Origin: a virus
Virus record (IMG/VR): IMGVR_UViG_3300022902_000006
Reading direction: 5' to 3' (one strand)
Length of the DNA: 64,000 bases
Shown here: positions 29,614 to 38,810 of the stretch, piece by piece
Layout of the letters: the number at the start of each line of letters is the position of its first letter
Numbering within the stretch: the first letter of the stretch is position 1
Made by a program: the position numbers and the translations under genes
The notes under the pieces: model-generated
What the model was told of the DNA's origin: nothing
Database searches by the model: none
The model's input: the letters and a program-made list of their open reading frames with translations, nothing else

Positions 29614-30138
29614 ATGCGATCAGTCGACCTCCCCACATCCAAAGTAAAACTACGCGGTATCCTCACTGTTCGAGTTCGGGACGCGTCAACAGGGCGCGTT
29701 ATTCGTACCGTCATCAAGAAGAACACGATTACGTACAACGGGGGCAACAATGTGCGCGCCCTGTTGGCACAGCGTGCTACGGATGACCCCCCTGCTCAAC
29801 TGGCTTTTGGGTCCATGCGTTTTGGGCGCAGTACCACTGCACCCAATCGAAACGATGTGGACCTTTTAGACGAGGTGGTCACGGTACGCAAACAGCTCCA
29901 GGACAGCGACAAGGTGAATGGCATTGATGGCGAACTTACTCTCCAAGCAACACTGGGGAGCGGGGACGGCAACGGCAATACATTCACGGAAGCGGGATTG
30001 TTCAGTACAGGCCCGGCGTGGAACGGTAATGTTGGCAGCTCCCTCCGCATATTCTCCCGCCAACTCCACGCTGCCATCGCAAAGAACTCAGCCATCGTGC
30101 TGGACTACAGTTGGACGATCCAAATCGCCACCGTCTAA
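29614..30138 (+). CDS. tail fibre attachment protein (P2 gpH N-terminal-like)
   Basis: KNTITYNG, GRSTTAP..DVDL..EV, LTLQATL..DGNG.TFTEAGLF pattern. Confidence 0.6.
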   Translation: MRSVDLPTSKVKLRGILTVRVRDASTGRVIRTVIKKNTITYNGGNNVRALLAQRATDDPPAQLAFGSMRFGRSTTAPNRNDVDLLDEVVTVRKQLQDSDKVNGIDGELTLQATLGSGDGNGNTFTEAGLFSTGPAWNGNVGSSLRIFSRQLHAAIAKNSAIVLDYSWTIQIATV

Positions 30139-30150
30139 AAAGGACGCGCA

Positions 30151-33114
30151 ATGCTAAAGCTACACCGCCCCGATTTCCGCGTAGGTTCTGATACCGGGTA
30201 CCCCGAAGCCGCGTCCATCGCGCCCATCATGGATGGGGAGTCTGTCAACGAGATTACGCTACAACGCTCTGATGAGGGGCTCCGTACGCGCACTGAGTCT
30301 CTGCGGAACATTCTGCACCTGGGCAACATGTGGATGCAGTACGCACAGTCCCAGGCCGTATTCGAAGGTGGGACACTCGCGTTCACGGGCGCGGCTCCGA
30401 CGGACCCAGGTACGATCACCATCAGCAGCGATCTGTACATCACTCCGTTCACCACTGGTGGTGGATCAGGTTCGGTGCCTTACCTGGCGTCCACAGCGGC
30501 CAGCCTGACGATCGGCGCTTCTGGAACCCAGCTCATTTTCACGTCTGTCCAGAAGCAGTATGAGGGGTCCACGTTCCCGGCTGCTGACCCCAACAACGCC
30601 TCCATCGAAATGGTGGATGACCCTGCACAAACAACATGTACGGTGTCTGTGGAAGGTGCAACTGGTCAGAAGGCCCACGTCCTCATCAAACTGAAGTCAG
30701 GAACATGTACCTGCCTGGACGTCATCAATGGCGTAGCAGGTCTACCCGCTGCGGCTGCGCTTGTTACCGTGGTCCTGGGGGCTGGCACCACAAACGGGGA
30801 CAACGCACCCTTGTGGGGCCAAGCAGAGTGGGGCACGGACTACGGGCTGCGTTTCCTCAATCACGGCAACCCAGCCGTCGTTCACAAGATCACCGCCGCC
30901 AACCTCGCCAGCTTCTTCAGCGCCAGCGCCAGCAACCTCCTGCAAGCAGGCGATACCATCGCCATTTCGTATAACGGTCTCGTGGATGAGACGAGTACGG
31001 GAGGCCGGTTTCAGAGCACACCGGAAAACGGTAACACCGAGATCCCACACGGGAGCATTTTCAACACCCGGCGTGAGCCTAACAAGGTCCCCGACTGTGT
31101 ACCCATCGCCAAGTGCATCAACGCGACTACAGTCATGTTCGCGGATGGCACCCTCATCCAGAAGGGTGTTGAAGGGCGCCTGGGCGCAGGGGCTTTCACA
31201 CAGTACGCTGGAGTTGGTGATGTGGCGGCGTGGACACACCTGAAAACTGGTACCCACAGCCCCCCAACTACCATCCGACAAGTCCTGAATAACGCAGACA
31301 GCAATATCATCACGGTGACCGCAAGCATCGCTACGGTGCAGGGCAACGTGGACACGGTAACGACTGAGGTGGTAACTGCGAGAGACTCTTTTCGCTTCGG
31401 CCCCCTCGGCTCTCTCGATGCGCGCCTTGAAGAATGTGAGCAGTACAAGGAAGGAGCCATCACCGTCACCCCAGCCCTCGGTGGAGGACACTACGCGGGT
31501 GTCACGGCGCTACAAGACGCAGTGGACGCACGCAAGGACATCGGGGGCGTACTGTTCGTCGCAGCGGGGACCTACACCTGGACCGCAGGAGTCAGCGTAA
31601 CGAAGCAGATGCACATCATCTGCTCTGGTGTCGTGACCATCAACTGCTCCCACGCCTCCGGATACGCGCTGACGCTAAGCGCAACCGCAACCGGGTCCAC
31701 CATACACGGTGTGTCCAACATTGCCATGGCGAGCAGCACTGACGCCATCTATGTGGACGCCTCTTCTTGCCAGCTCAGCGCCATATCCTCCCTGGGACGA
31801 ATCTACGCGGCGGGACAGCGTACCCGACTCTACAGCGTAGTGGTCGCGGCTCCAGGTGAGTGCATCTATGTTGCAGGCAACTACAGCCGTCTGGAGTCTT
31901 GCAACGGGCAGATGAGTGGGACCCCCACAAACAAAACCGCCATCCACATCGCAGGGAACAACGTGCACCTGCGGAACATCTTTGCCCAAGCCCCCAATGG
32001 CAACAACAGCGTTCACATCGCGGGGTATCTCTGTGTAGCCAAGGACGTCAGGGTCTACGGTGACCCGAGAACAGCACCCGCGAGCGCGGATCCCTTGTTC
32101 TACTCCACGGGGATCAACAATTCCTTGGAGAACATTCAGGTCGTGTGCATCTACGGTGCCAGTGGGTCCGCTGTAAACGGCGCCGCACACATAACGGGCA
32201 ACGACACCCACATCGACGGTCTGTACGTCTCAATGTTGGGTGTAGAGGCCAACCCTCTCGCTAACGGAGTGAGCGGGTCCCCCATACACATTGCAGGGGA
32301 TGGTATTGTGTGTCGCGGTCTGCGGCTGAGTGGCCTCTACCTAGATGAAGACGGAGGTATGAACGTCGACTACCCCATCGTGTCTTTGTCGGGCACCACG
32401 GAAGGCAACTGCGTCACGTTGATAGACGCCAGGATCCACAGCTTCGGACACAAGGCTGCACCGACCGGAGACATGGAAGTAGCTGTCGTTGGTGCCCCAG
32501 TGACAAGTGGGGCTGTTGTGGGCAGCGGTTACTTTGTGTGTGACCGCGTCATCGTGGACACCACAGGAAAAACCTACGACAACAGCAACTCAATGGACTT
32601 CATCTTCAGTAGACCCCAACCAGGGTCCACGCTTCGAGACTGCAATGTCATTGGTACGGGGCGAGCAGCCAGCGCCTACTGGCTCGCGGGTGAAGATGAC
32701 GTGTCCTACGTCCGCTGCAAGACGGATGTGTCCAACACAGCGTGGGGGACCCTTATGAGTGCAGAGGCGATGAGCGCCACACGTAAGGGTGTCAATTTCA
32801 CGATGGACCAGTGCCATTTCCGCTACGCAAATCTTAACTTCGGTGGCAGTCTCAATTTTGTCATCATGGTTGAGGGGCACGGGGCCTCGGCAGATTTGCA
32901 ACTCGGAGCCCGCGTAACCAATAACAACTTTGAGTACACTGGAACCACGCCCAATCACCCCTCCGCGAATTTCGATTACAACCTGATCATGTACTCAGGG
33001 AATGCGTTCTATGCATCCAACATCGGTGGAGGTGGGTCCCACAGTGCTGTGGTGCCTAACAACTCGACCGTATATCCTGTGGCCGACAACGGTATCTTTA
33101 ACTTCATCGGCTAA
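30151..33114 (+). CDS. tail fibre/spike with right-handed beta-helix (putative depolymerase)
   Basis: Repeating rungs IYAAG, IYVAG, IHIAG, VHIAG, AHITG, IHIAG; LQDAVD..GGVLFVAAGTY start of a pectin-lyase-like domain. Confidence 0.75.
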   Translation: MLKLHRPDFRVGSDTGYPEAASIAPIMDGESVNEITLQRSDEGLRTRTESLRNILHLGNMWMQYAQSQAVFEGGTLAFTGAAPTDPGTITISSDLYITPFTTGGGSGSVPYLASTAASLTIGASGTQLIFTSVQKQYEGSTFPAADPNNASIEMVDDPAQTTCTVSVEGATGQKAHVLIKLKSGTCTCLDVINGVAGLPAAAALVTVVLGAGTTNGDNAPLWGQAEWGTDYGLRFLNHGNPAVVHKITAANLASFFSASASNLLQAGDTIAISYNGLVDETSTGGRFQSTPENGNTEIPHGSIFNTRREPNKVPDCVPIAKCINATTVMFADGTLIQKGVEGRLGAGAFTQYAGVGDVAAWTHLKTGTHSPPTTIRQVLNNADSNIITVTASIATVQGNVDTVTTEVVTARDSFRFGPLGSLDARLEECEQYKEGAITVTPALGGGHYAGVTALQDAVDARKDIGGVLFVAAGTYTWTAGVSVTKQMHIICSGVVTINCSHASGYALTLSATATGSTIHGVSNIAMASSTDAIYVDASSCQLSAISSLGRIYAAGQRTRLYSVVVAAPGECIYVAGNYSRLESCNGQMSGTPTNKTAIHIAGNNVHLRNIFAQAPNGNNSVHIAGYLCVAKDVRVYGDPRTAPASADPLFYSTGINNSLENIQVVCIYGASGSAVNGAAHITGNDTHIDGLYVSMLGVEANPLANGVSGSPIHIAGDGIVCRGLRLSGLYLDEDGGMNVDYPIVSLSGTTEGNCVTLIDARIHSFGHKAAPTGDMEVAVVGAPVTSGAVVGSGYFVCDRVIVDTTGKTYDNSNSMDFIFSRPQPGSTLRDCNVIGTGRAASAYWLAGEDDVSYVRCKTDVSNTAWGTLMSAEAMSATRKGVNFTMDQCHFRYANLNFGGSLNFVIMVEGHGASADLQLGARVTNNNFEYTGTTPNHPSANFDYNLIMYSGNAFYASNIGGGGSHSAVVPNNSTVYPVADNGIFNFIG

Positions 33115-33125
33115 CGGAGGGCACC

Positions 33126-33563
33126 GTGCCCGACGAGAAGAAATCCAAACCCACCGACGCCAAGATTGACGAACTCATCTCGTCGCTCACGGCACGCAAC
33201 GCCACCACACAGGAGCAGAAGAAGAGCGGCACTCCCTGGGGGTGGATCGCTGCGGTCATTAGTGCCCTCATCGCTCTCGTGGGCATTGGGGTAGCACTGT
33301 GGATGCACAACAAGCGGTCCAAGGAGTTGGCTATCGCCAAAACAGAGCTGGAGCAACAAAGGGTAGACGCAGCCAGCCAAAAGCACCACGCGGAACAGAT
33401 CAAGAATCGGGAAATACGCCAGGCGCACCTCGCGAAAGTTGTGCTGCACAATAAGAAAATCGAGAGACAAGAAGGTGCCTTGGCAGAGTTGGTAGCAGCC
33501 CACGAAGCCCGGCGAGCGGCGCTCGATGGGTTGTCCTCATGGGGAGACATCAATGTGCAGTAG
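33126..33563 (+). CDS. type II membrane coiled-coil protein (i-spanin-like)
   Basis: GTG with GGAGG RBS; single TM WGWIAAVISALIALVGIGVALWM followed by coiled coil. Confidence 0.5.
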   Translation: MPDEKKSKPTDAKIDELISSLTARNATTQEQKKSGTPWGWIAAVISALIALVGIGVALWMHNKRSKELAIAKTELEQQRVDAASQKHHAEQIKNREIRQAHLAKVVLHNKKIERQEGALAELVAAHEARRAALDGLSSWGDINVQ

Positions 33564-33667
33564 CGCGTACACGGCGGGACATCAAGCAGCGATGGTAAAG
33601 TTGGGTGCACTGCAATGGCACCGCAGCATGAAGGGAGTAGTGGGACAACTTCGCAAGGAAAAACCAC

Positions 33668-34195
33668 ATGACAAAACAACACCTCCGCAAGACAGCGCTT
33701 CTGCTACTCCTCCCCCTACTTCTTCAAAGCCTCCCGGCGAGCGCGGACCCGGACGCAACCTCTACACCCCCGCAAGTAGGTGACGTCGCCCAGAACCTGA
33801 AGATCATTCCGCCGTGGACCATGCGGCTGTGCCAAGTGGAGTCCAAGCTCACCTTCCACGCCACGTACCTGCAGCAGGGGGCGCTGCAGCTCAAGCAGCT
33901 CGACAACGACTGCGCTCTGTGGAAGGAGGGCTTCAGCAACCTTCAAGTGCAGGTGACAGAGTTCAAGGAAGTCACCGCGCTCTTCAAGAAAACGCTCAAG
34001 AGCTTCGAGGAGGCGGAGGCGCGCAGCGAACGGCGCATCGTTGACCTGGAGTCACAGCTAAAAAAAGAAATCGCAGAGAAGAACAAGCACAAGTACAAGA
34101 CCAGCTACGGTTGGGTAGGGTACGTCGTCGGAGGGGGCCTAGCGCTCGCCGCGATCGGCGTGCTAGTTGGCGTCTTCGCCACCCCCTCCGACTGA
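33668..34195 (+). CDS. exported coiled-coil protein with C-terminal TM (spanin-like)
   Basis: Signal peptide ending LPASA, heptad-rich middle, C-terminal TM GWVGYVVGGGLALAAIGVLVGVFA. Confidence 0.5.
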   Translation: MTKQHLRKTALLLLLPLLLQSLPASADPDATSTPPQVGDVAQNLKIIPPWTMRLCQVESKLTFHATYLQQGALQLKQLDNDCALWKEGFSNLQVQVTEFKEVTALFKKTLKSFEEAEARSERRIVDLESQLKKEIAEKNKHKYKTSYGWVGYVVGGGLALAAIGVLVGVFATPSD

Positions 34196-34211
34196 TTTAC
34201 CCCGTAAAGCA

Positions 34212-34454
34212 CTAGACGGGCCGAGCGACTGGGGCACCTCCGCCACCTACCACTTGGCACCGAAACTCAACGTACCGCACCTTCCGCTCACCCAAGAAGA
34301 ACTCAACAACAAGGCCCCCCGCATACTCACCGGGAGTGAGGGGGTTCTCCTTGAATGCGTAGAGGTCCCGCACCACTACCTTGTCATAACGACTGTGGCC
34401 CGGGACCGGGTACTCACCAAGCCCGAGCTTGGTGTAGTAGTGCGCAGTGCGCAT
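34212..34454 (-). CDS. small hypothetical protein (about 80 aa)
   Basis: Start re-picked at ATG 34454 to avoid overlap with the upstream gene. Confidence 0.4.
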   Translation of the reverse strand: MRTAHYYTKLGLGEYPVPGHSRYDKVVVRDLYAFKENPLTPGEYAGGLVVEFFLGERKVRYVEFRCQVVGGGGAPVARPV

Positions 34455-34494
34455 GAGCACCGGGGTGAGTCCGATGCCGCGCAGCGTGGTGTCC

Positions 34495-35313
34495 TTACCC
34501 ACCGACGTCGACCCGCTTGAGGAGCTGAATGACCTTGGTCTGCCGCTCGTTGGGCTTGAAGGTTCCGTCCACGATGCTATCTGCGATGGCACGGAGCTGC
34601 TTGTACACGCGGTCCCGGCGCGGTTCCATCATGTAGTATTGCATGGACGTGAAGTTGGCCACACGACTGTTGATGTACGACTCGTGGATCGTCCTATACC
34701 GGAGGTAGTAGGTGTACAGGTTGATGGCGTACGCCTCCATCTCCCAGTGAGTACGCCAGGGGTCAGGGAGCTGCGGAATGAAGCACACCGCACCGAGGAC
34801 AACCCAGAGGGGAATCCAGATAGCGAGGTGCCACCCAGAGGCCCAAAGCACCGGGAGCCAGCACGTAAGGATGAGGAGCCCGCCCAGGGAAAGCGGGAAG
34901 AGGTACAGGAAGGAAAACAGTACCGGGGTCCACTTCTTGGCCTGCAGCACATGCATGATTTCGTGGAGGAGAATCCACCAGGCGTCCAGGCCCAGCGCCT
35001 TGCCGCTCTTGTACAACCCATGCTTCAACAGGAACGCAGTGTCTGAAGTATGAGCGATGCCTGCTTTGGCGTCACCATCAGGCCCAGCGATGGACTTCCA
35101 GATCGTGGTCCAGAAGCGCTTGACGTAGGAGTCGTCTTGGGCCACGGGGTACACGAGGTTCAGTAACCAGTTGATGGCCGCGTGATACCAGAAGTCGCTC
35201 TTGACTCCGATGCGGAAACCAGCAGGGACCAACTGTGTGGTCACCGCCAGCAGCACGAGACGCTGGAACTTTGTAACGTTGGACATCTTGACAACCTCAT
35301 TGGTCGTGGACAT
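34495..35313 (-). CDS. membrane-associated HExxH zinc metallopeptidase-like protein
   Basis: ILLHEIMHVLQ and downstream WEMEAY glutamate, separated by two hydrophobic helices. Confidence 0.65.
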   Translation of the reverse strand: MSTTNEVVKMSNVTKFQRLVLLAVTTQLVPAGFRIGVKSDFWYHAAINWLLNLVYPVAQDDSYVKRFWTTIWKSIAGPDGDAKAGIAHTSDTAFLLKHGLYKSGKALGLDAWWILLHEIMHVLQAKKWTPVLFSFLYLFPLSLGGLLILTCWLPVLWASGWHLAIWIPLWVVLGAVCFIPQLPDPWRTHWEMEAYAINLYTYYLRYRTIHESYINSRVANFTSMQYYMMEPRRDRVYKQLRAIADSIVDGTFKPNERQTKVIQLLKRVDVGG

Positions 35314-35516
35314 CAGGCCACCTCCAAGGTGAACGTCTGGTAGTGCGTGACATTGGCGCCGTCGCGCACCACTGTGATGGACATCTTCGCGGACGCTTTC
35401 ACACAGGCGTCGCAGGTGACGGACACGATGGTGTCCTGGTACTTCAGGACGAGACAGTCCCGTGTGTTGGTGGTGATCTCCTCACCACACCCGCTGCACT
35501 TACCGTCGTACTCCAT
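35313..35516 (-). CDS. small Zn-finger protein (about 67 aa)
   Basis: ATG 35516 next to RNR stop; CSGC..CDAC. Confidence 0.5.
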   Translation of the reverse strand: MEYDGKCSGCGEEITTNTRDCLVLKYQDTIVSVTCDACVKASAKMSITVVRDGANVTHYQTFTLEVA

Positions 35517-35517
35517 A

Positions 35518-38166
35518 TCAGCCTCCACATCCGCTGGACCCACCACAGTTGGTGCATGTGTGGCAATTGCCACGTCGCACTTGCACGTTACCACACTCAG
35601 GACAGGGTGGACCGTCCATGAAATCAGGGGTTGACAGCGCCGGACGCACCACTTTCGTTGTGGGTGGGGGCGCAGCCTTCTCCTCCCCGTTGGGGGTGGG
35701 GGCGCGACGCTCACCCAGGAAGATGGCGCTCAACTTCCGAGCCACCGCGTCAGGGATGCTGTGCACGAACCCCAGGTCAGGATCAGAAGAGAACCCAGAG
35801 GGCTCGAACTTCATGTACGCAAACTTCTTCACCACCGCATCCAGAGGGATCCCTGACTGCAGAGCGTAGGACATCATCTGGGACCAGGATTCAGTGAGCC
35901 CCTTTACGGTAGACCCCTCCTTGGCGATAGTGATGAACACTTCCCCGGGCATCTGCGTGTCGTAGTACGGGGTGACGATGACGTACATCTTGTAATTCCC
36001 GAACTCAATGCGGATGCGGTGTGCGTTGTCGTGGTGGTCGAGCAGCTTCTTCCGTGCGTAGCCGTCGGAGCTGTCTACCGGATGCTCGTGTGTGCTCTCA
36101 TCCGTGACCAGGGGCTGGCTGGACCTGCTGCCGTCTCGATACACGATGACGCTCTTGAGTCCCTTCTTCCAGGCGAGGAGATGCGCGTGACTGATGTCCT
36201 CCAGGGATGCGTGTTGCGGCAGGTTGATGGTCTTGCTGATGCCCCCGGACAAGAACGGCTGTGCGACCGCCATCATACTAATATGTGCGTCCACAGACAG
36301 GTGCCGAGTACCCTTGCCCTGCGTTGCACAGTCGAACACCCCCAGGTGTGCTGGGGGAAGCCCCGCGTCCTCGAAGTGACCCACATCCTCGAACCGCTTC
36401 AAGATGGGGGCGACGGCGTCCTCGGAGTACCCCATGGCCGCAAGTGCATTGCTGACCAGCGGGTTGGTCGTCTGGACTGTGCCCCCACCCACCAAATGCT
36501 TCACCTTGTTGAGCCCTATCTCGGGCTCGATGCCTGTGGTGACACAATCCATCATGAAGCTGATGGTCCCCGTGGGCGCCAGAAGCGTCACCTGGGAGTT
36601 GCGCACCCCGTATTCCTCCACCAGGGCCAGGGTCTCCTTCCAGAGCACCTCAGACGCCTGGAACTGCGTGGCGGCGTCGTAGTGCTGCTTGAGCACACGC
36701 ATCACGTCGTCGCGATTAGTCTTGTAGCCCGCGAAGGGGGTCTTGGCTGCTGCCAGGTACGCGGAGGTGTTGTACGCGGTCGCCGTCATGTGGGATGTAA
36801 TGGCTGCAGTGAGGGCGCGCGCCTCATCTGAATCGTACCCGAGGCCCATGGACATAATCAGCGCACCGAGGTTGGTGTAACCGAGGCCCAAGGGGCGGTA
36901 GTCCAACGCCACATCCCTGATGGACTCCGTGGGGTACGCCGCCTCATCAATCAGCAAGTCTTGGGCAATGATGAGAACTTCTGCCGCGCGTGCAAACTGG
37001 GTGAAATCAAACTCCCCTTCCTCCAAGAACTTGAGGAGGTTGATGCTCGCGAGGTTACATGCACCATGGTCCAGGAAGTGAAATTCCCCACACGGGTTGG
37101 TTGCGTTGATGCGGCCTGTTGATGCACAGGTATTCCAGAAGTTTACGGTGTCGTCGAACTGCAACCCCGGGTCACCACACTGGTGTACGGAGTCGCAGAT
37201 CTCCGCCCACACCTCTTGCGTGCTCAGGGGCACCTCATGTTCTGGAGCGTTGTTGTACTTCGGTTCGTATTTCACATCTTCGTCCACACGGACCAGCTTT
37301 TCTACCCCTTGCATGAACTGGTCCCCCACGCGGACGGCGTGGTTCGCATTCTGGAATGCCACCGAGTAGTATGCACCGTGGGGATCGTCGAAGTGAGGGC
37401 TGTACCCTGCGGCGATGAGTGCCTGTGCCTTCCCTTCTTCCAGTCGCTTGCACCTCACGAACTCCAGGATATCGGGGTGGTCAGCGTCGAGGATGCGCAT
37501 CGTAGCTGCCCGGCGAGTCTTGCCCCCGGACTTGATGACCCCGGCCCAGGCGTCGAGACCCCGCATGAAGCTGACGGGACCTGACGCGATGCCGCCCCCA
37601 CTGAGCCCCTCTTGGCTGGACCGCACGCTGGAGAGGTTCACCCCCGCGCCGGACCCACGCTTGTACACTCGGGTCTCTTCGACCTGGAGCTGTGCCAAGG
37701 ATTCCATGCTGTCGTCCACGGCCAGGATGAAGCACGCAGACGCTTGGTGCTCAGTGCCCTCCACACCCAGGTTGAACCACACGGGACTGTTGAAGGACGC
37801 GTGCTGGTGCAGGAGCAGCCACGCCAGATCCGCGAAGTACGCAGTGCGTGACGCCTTGTTCTTGAAGTACGGGCTGAGAGATTCCCAGTGCTGGATGCAC
37901 CCCACAACACGCTTAATGAGCTGGCGCACGCTGGTTTCCCGGGCGGGTGTGTTGAGGGTGCCCCGGAAGTATTTCTGTGCCACGATGCGAATGGCCAGGT
38001 TGGACCATTCCGAAGGGGCCTCTACGCCACGCTGTTCAAACACCATTTCACCGCTGGGGTCCGTGATGACAGCGTCTTCGGTCTTCCATGAAACCGTAGC
38101 GTAAGGGTCCTGCTTGGGGGGACAGAATTGTGGGGTGTACTGAAGGAGGTTGTTTGCTGGAGGCAT
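35518..38166 (-). CDS. nrdJ: class II (adenosylcobalamin-dependent) ribonucleotide reductase
   Basis: FNSPVWFN, SACFI, GSGAGVNLS, NPCGE, ACNLASINL, LLAPTGTIS; TSCPD-like C-terminal domain with CPEC..CTNC. Confidence 0.95.
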   Translation of the reverse strand: MPPANNLLQYTPQFCPPKQDPYATVSWKTEDAVITDPSGEMVFEQRGVEAPSEWSNLAIRIVAQKYFRGTLNTPARETSVRQLIKRVVGCIQHWESLSPYFKNKASRTAYFADLAWLLLHQHASFNSPVWFNLGVEGTEHQASACFILAVDDSMESLAQLQVEETRVYKRGSGAGVNLSSVRSSQEGLSGGGIASGPVSFMRGLDAWAGVIKSGGKTRRAATMRILDADHPDILEFVRCKRLEEGKAQALIAAGYSPHFDDPHGAYYSVAFQNANHAVRVGDQFMQGVEKLVRVDEDVKYEPKYNNAPEHEVPLSTQEVWAEICDSVHQCGDPGLQFDDTVNFWNTCASTGRINATNPCGEFHFLDHGACNLASINLLKFLEEGEFDFTQFARAAEVLIIAQDLLIDEAAYPTESIRDVALDYRPLGLGYTNLGALIMSMGLGYDSDEARALTAAITSHMTATAYNTSAYLAAAKTPFAGYKTNRDDVMRVLKQHYDAATQFQASEVLWKETLALVEEYGVRNSQVTLLAPTGTISFMMDCVTTGIEPEIGLNKVKHLVGGGTVQTTNPLVSNALAAMGYSEDAVAPILKRFEDVGHFEDAGLPPAHLGVFDCATQGKGTRHLSVDAHISMMAVAQPFLSGGISKTINLPQHASLEDISHAHLLAWKKGLKSVIVYRDGSRSSQPLVTDESTHEHPVDSSDGYARKKLLDHHDNAHRIRIEFGNYKMYVIVTPYYDTQMPGEVFITIAKEGSTVKGLTESWSQMMSYALQSGIPLDAVVKKFAYMKFEPSGFSSDPDLGFVHSIPDAVARKLSAIFLGERRAPTPNGEEKAAPPPTTKVVRPALSTPDFMDGPPCPECGNVQVRRGNCHTCTNCGGSSGCGG

Positions 38167-38179
38167 ACCTATACGGCTC

Positions 38180-38740
38180 CTATATCGTCTTGGGAAAGAG
38201 GCGTTTGGTTCTCTTTTTTTTAACTGGATGAGTGATTGCTCGTACTGCTTCTATTTGATGCCGCACAGTGCTTGTGCATTCGTGTGCTTCGCGTACAAAT
38301 TGTGCCAACCCATGAGCGTCGCAGGCGTCGTCGTCTTCACCACAATCCAGCCCCCACCACTTCAACGTGGCACGGAGCATCCGAGCCTTGGATGCGCTGC
38401 CGTTACCAGAGACGAACTTCTTCAGGGAGTTGGGCGGAACGCGTAATAATTCGGTGCCCCCGAAATCCGCGAGCACGAGCATGATGATCCCTGCAGCCTG
38501 CCCAAGTTGGTCCAGGTCTCCCGACGCATCCAGAGCCTGGCCCTCAACAGCGACGTGGCGCATGTGGCCTTTGTATGGCAAGAGCGCGGTGTGCACCTGG
38601 TCACGCAAATTCTGCAGACGCTTGGGTCCACGCATCCTGGGAGGGGTACCAAAAGAATGTAAGAGTTCCACTGTTGTGTCGTTGAGGACACAAATCCCTA
38701 TCCGCCGGATGGCGGGGTCAACTCCCACGTAGATAGCCAT
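38180..38740 (-). CDS. RuvC-like Holliday junction resolvase
   Basis: YVGVDP, VAVEG, VPPNSLKKFVSGNGSASK, DDDACDA; start re-picked at ATG 38740. Confidence 0.8.
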   Translation of the reverse strand: MAIYVGVDPAIRRIGICVLNDTTVELLHSFGTPPRMRGPKRLQNLRDQVHTALLPYKGHMRHVAVEGQALDASGDLDQLGQAAGIIMLVLADFGGTELLRVPPNSLKKFVSGNGSASKARMLRATLKWWGLDCGEDDDACDAHGLAQFVREAHECTSTVRHQIEAVRAITHPVKKKRTKRLFPKTI

Positions 38741-38810
38741 TGTATCCAAGTCCCTAAATGCATTAGTATTTGTACACAGACTGGTCCCAAACGCAAGAGG
38801 AGCCCCCCTC

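Noticed and set aside
33526-33783. Embedded Rz1-like o-spanin ORF
   Set aside because: No hydrophobic signal or lipobox before a Cys
38194-38221. Plus-strand hairpin followed by a T run
   Set aside because: Explained by the Lys-rich coding end of the RuvC-like gene (KKKRTKRLF); no plus-strand gene ends nearby
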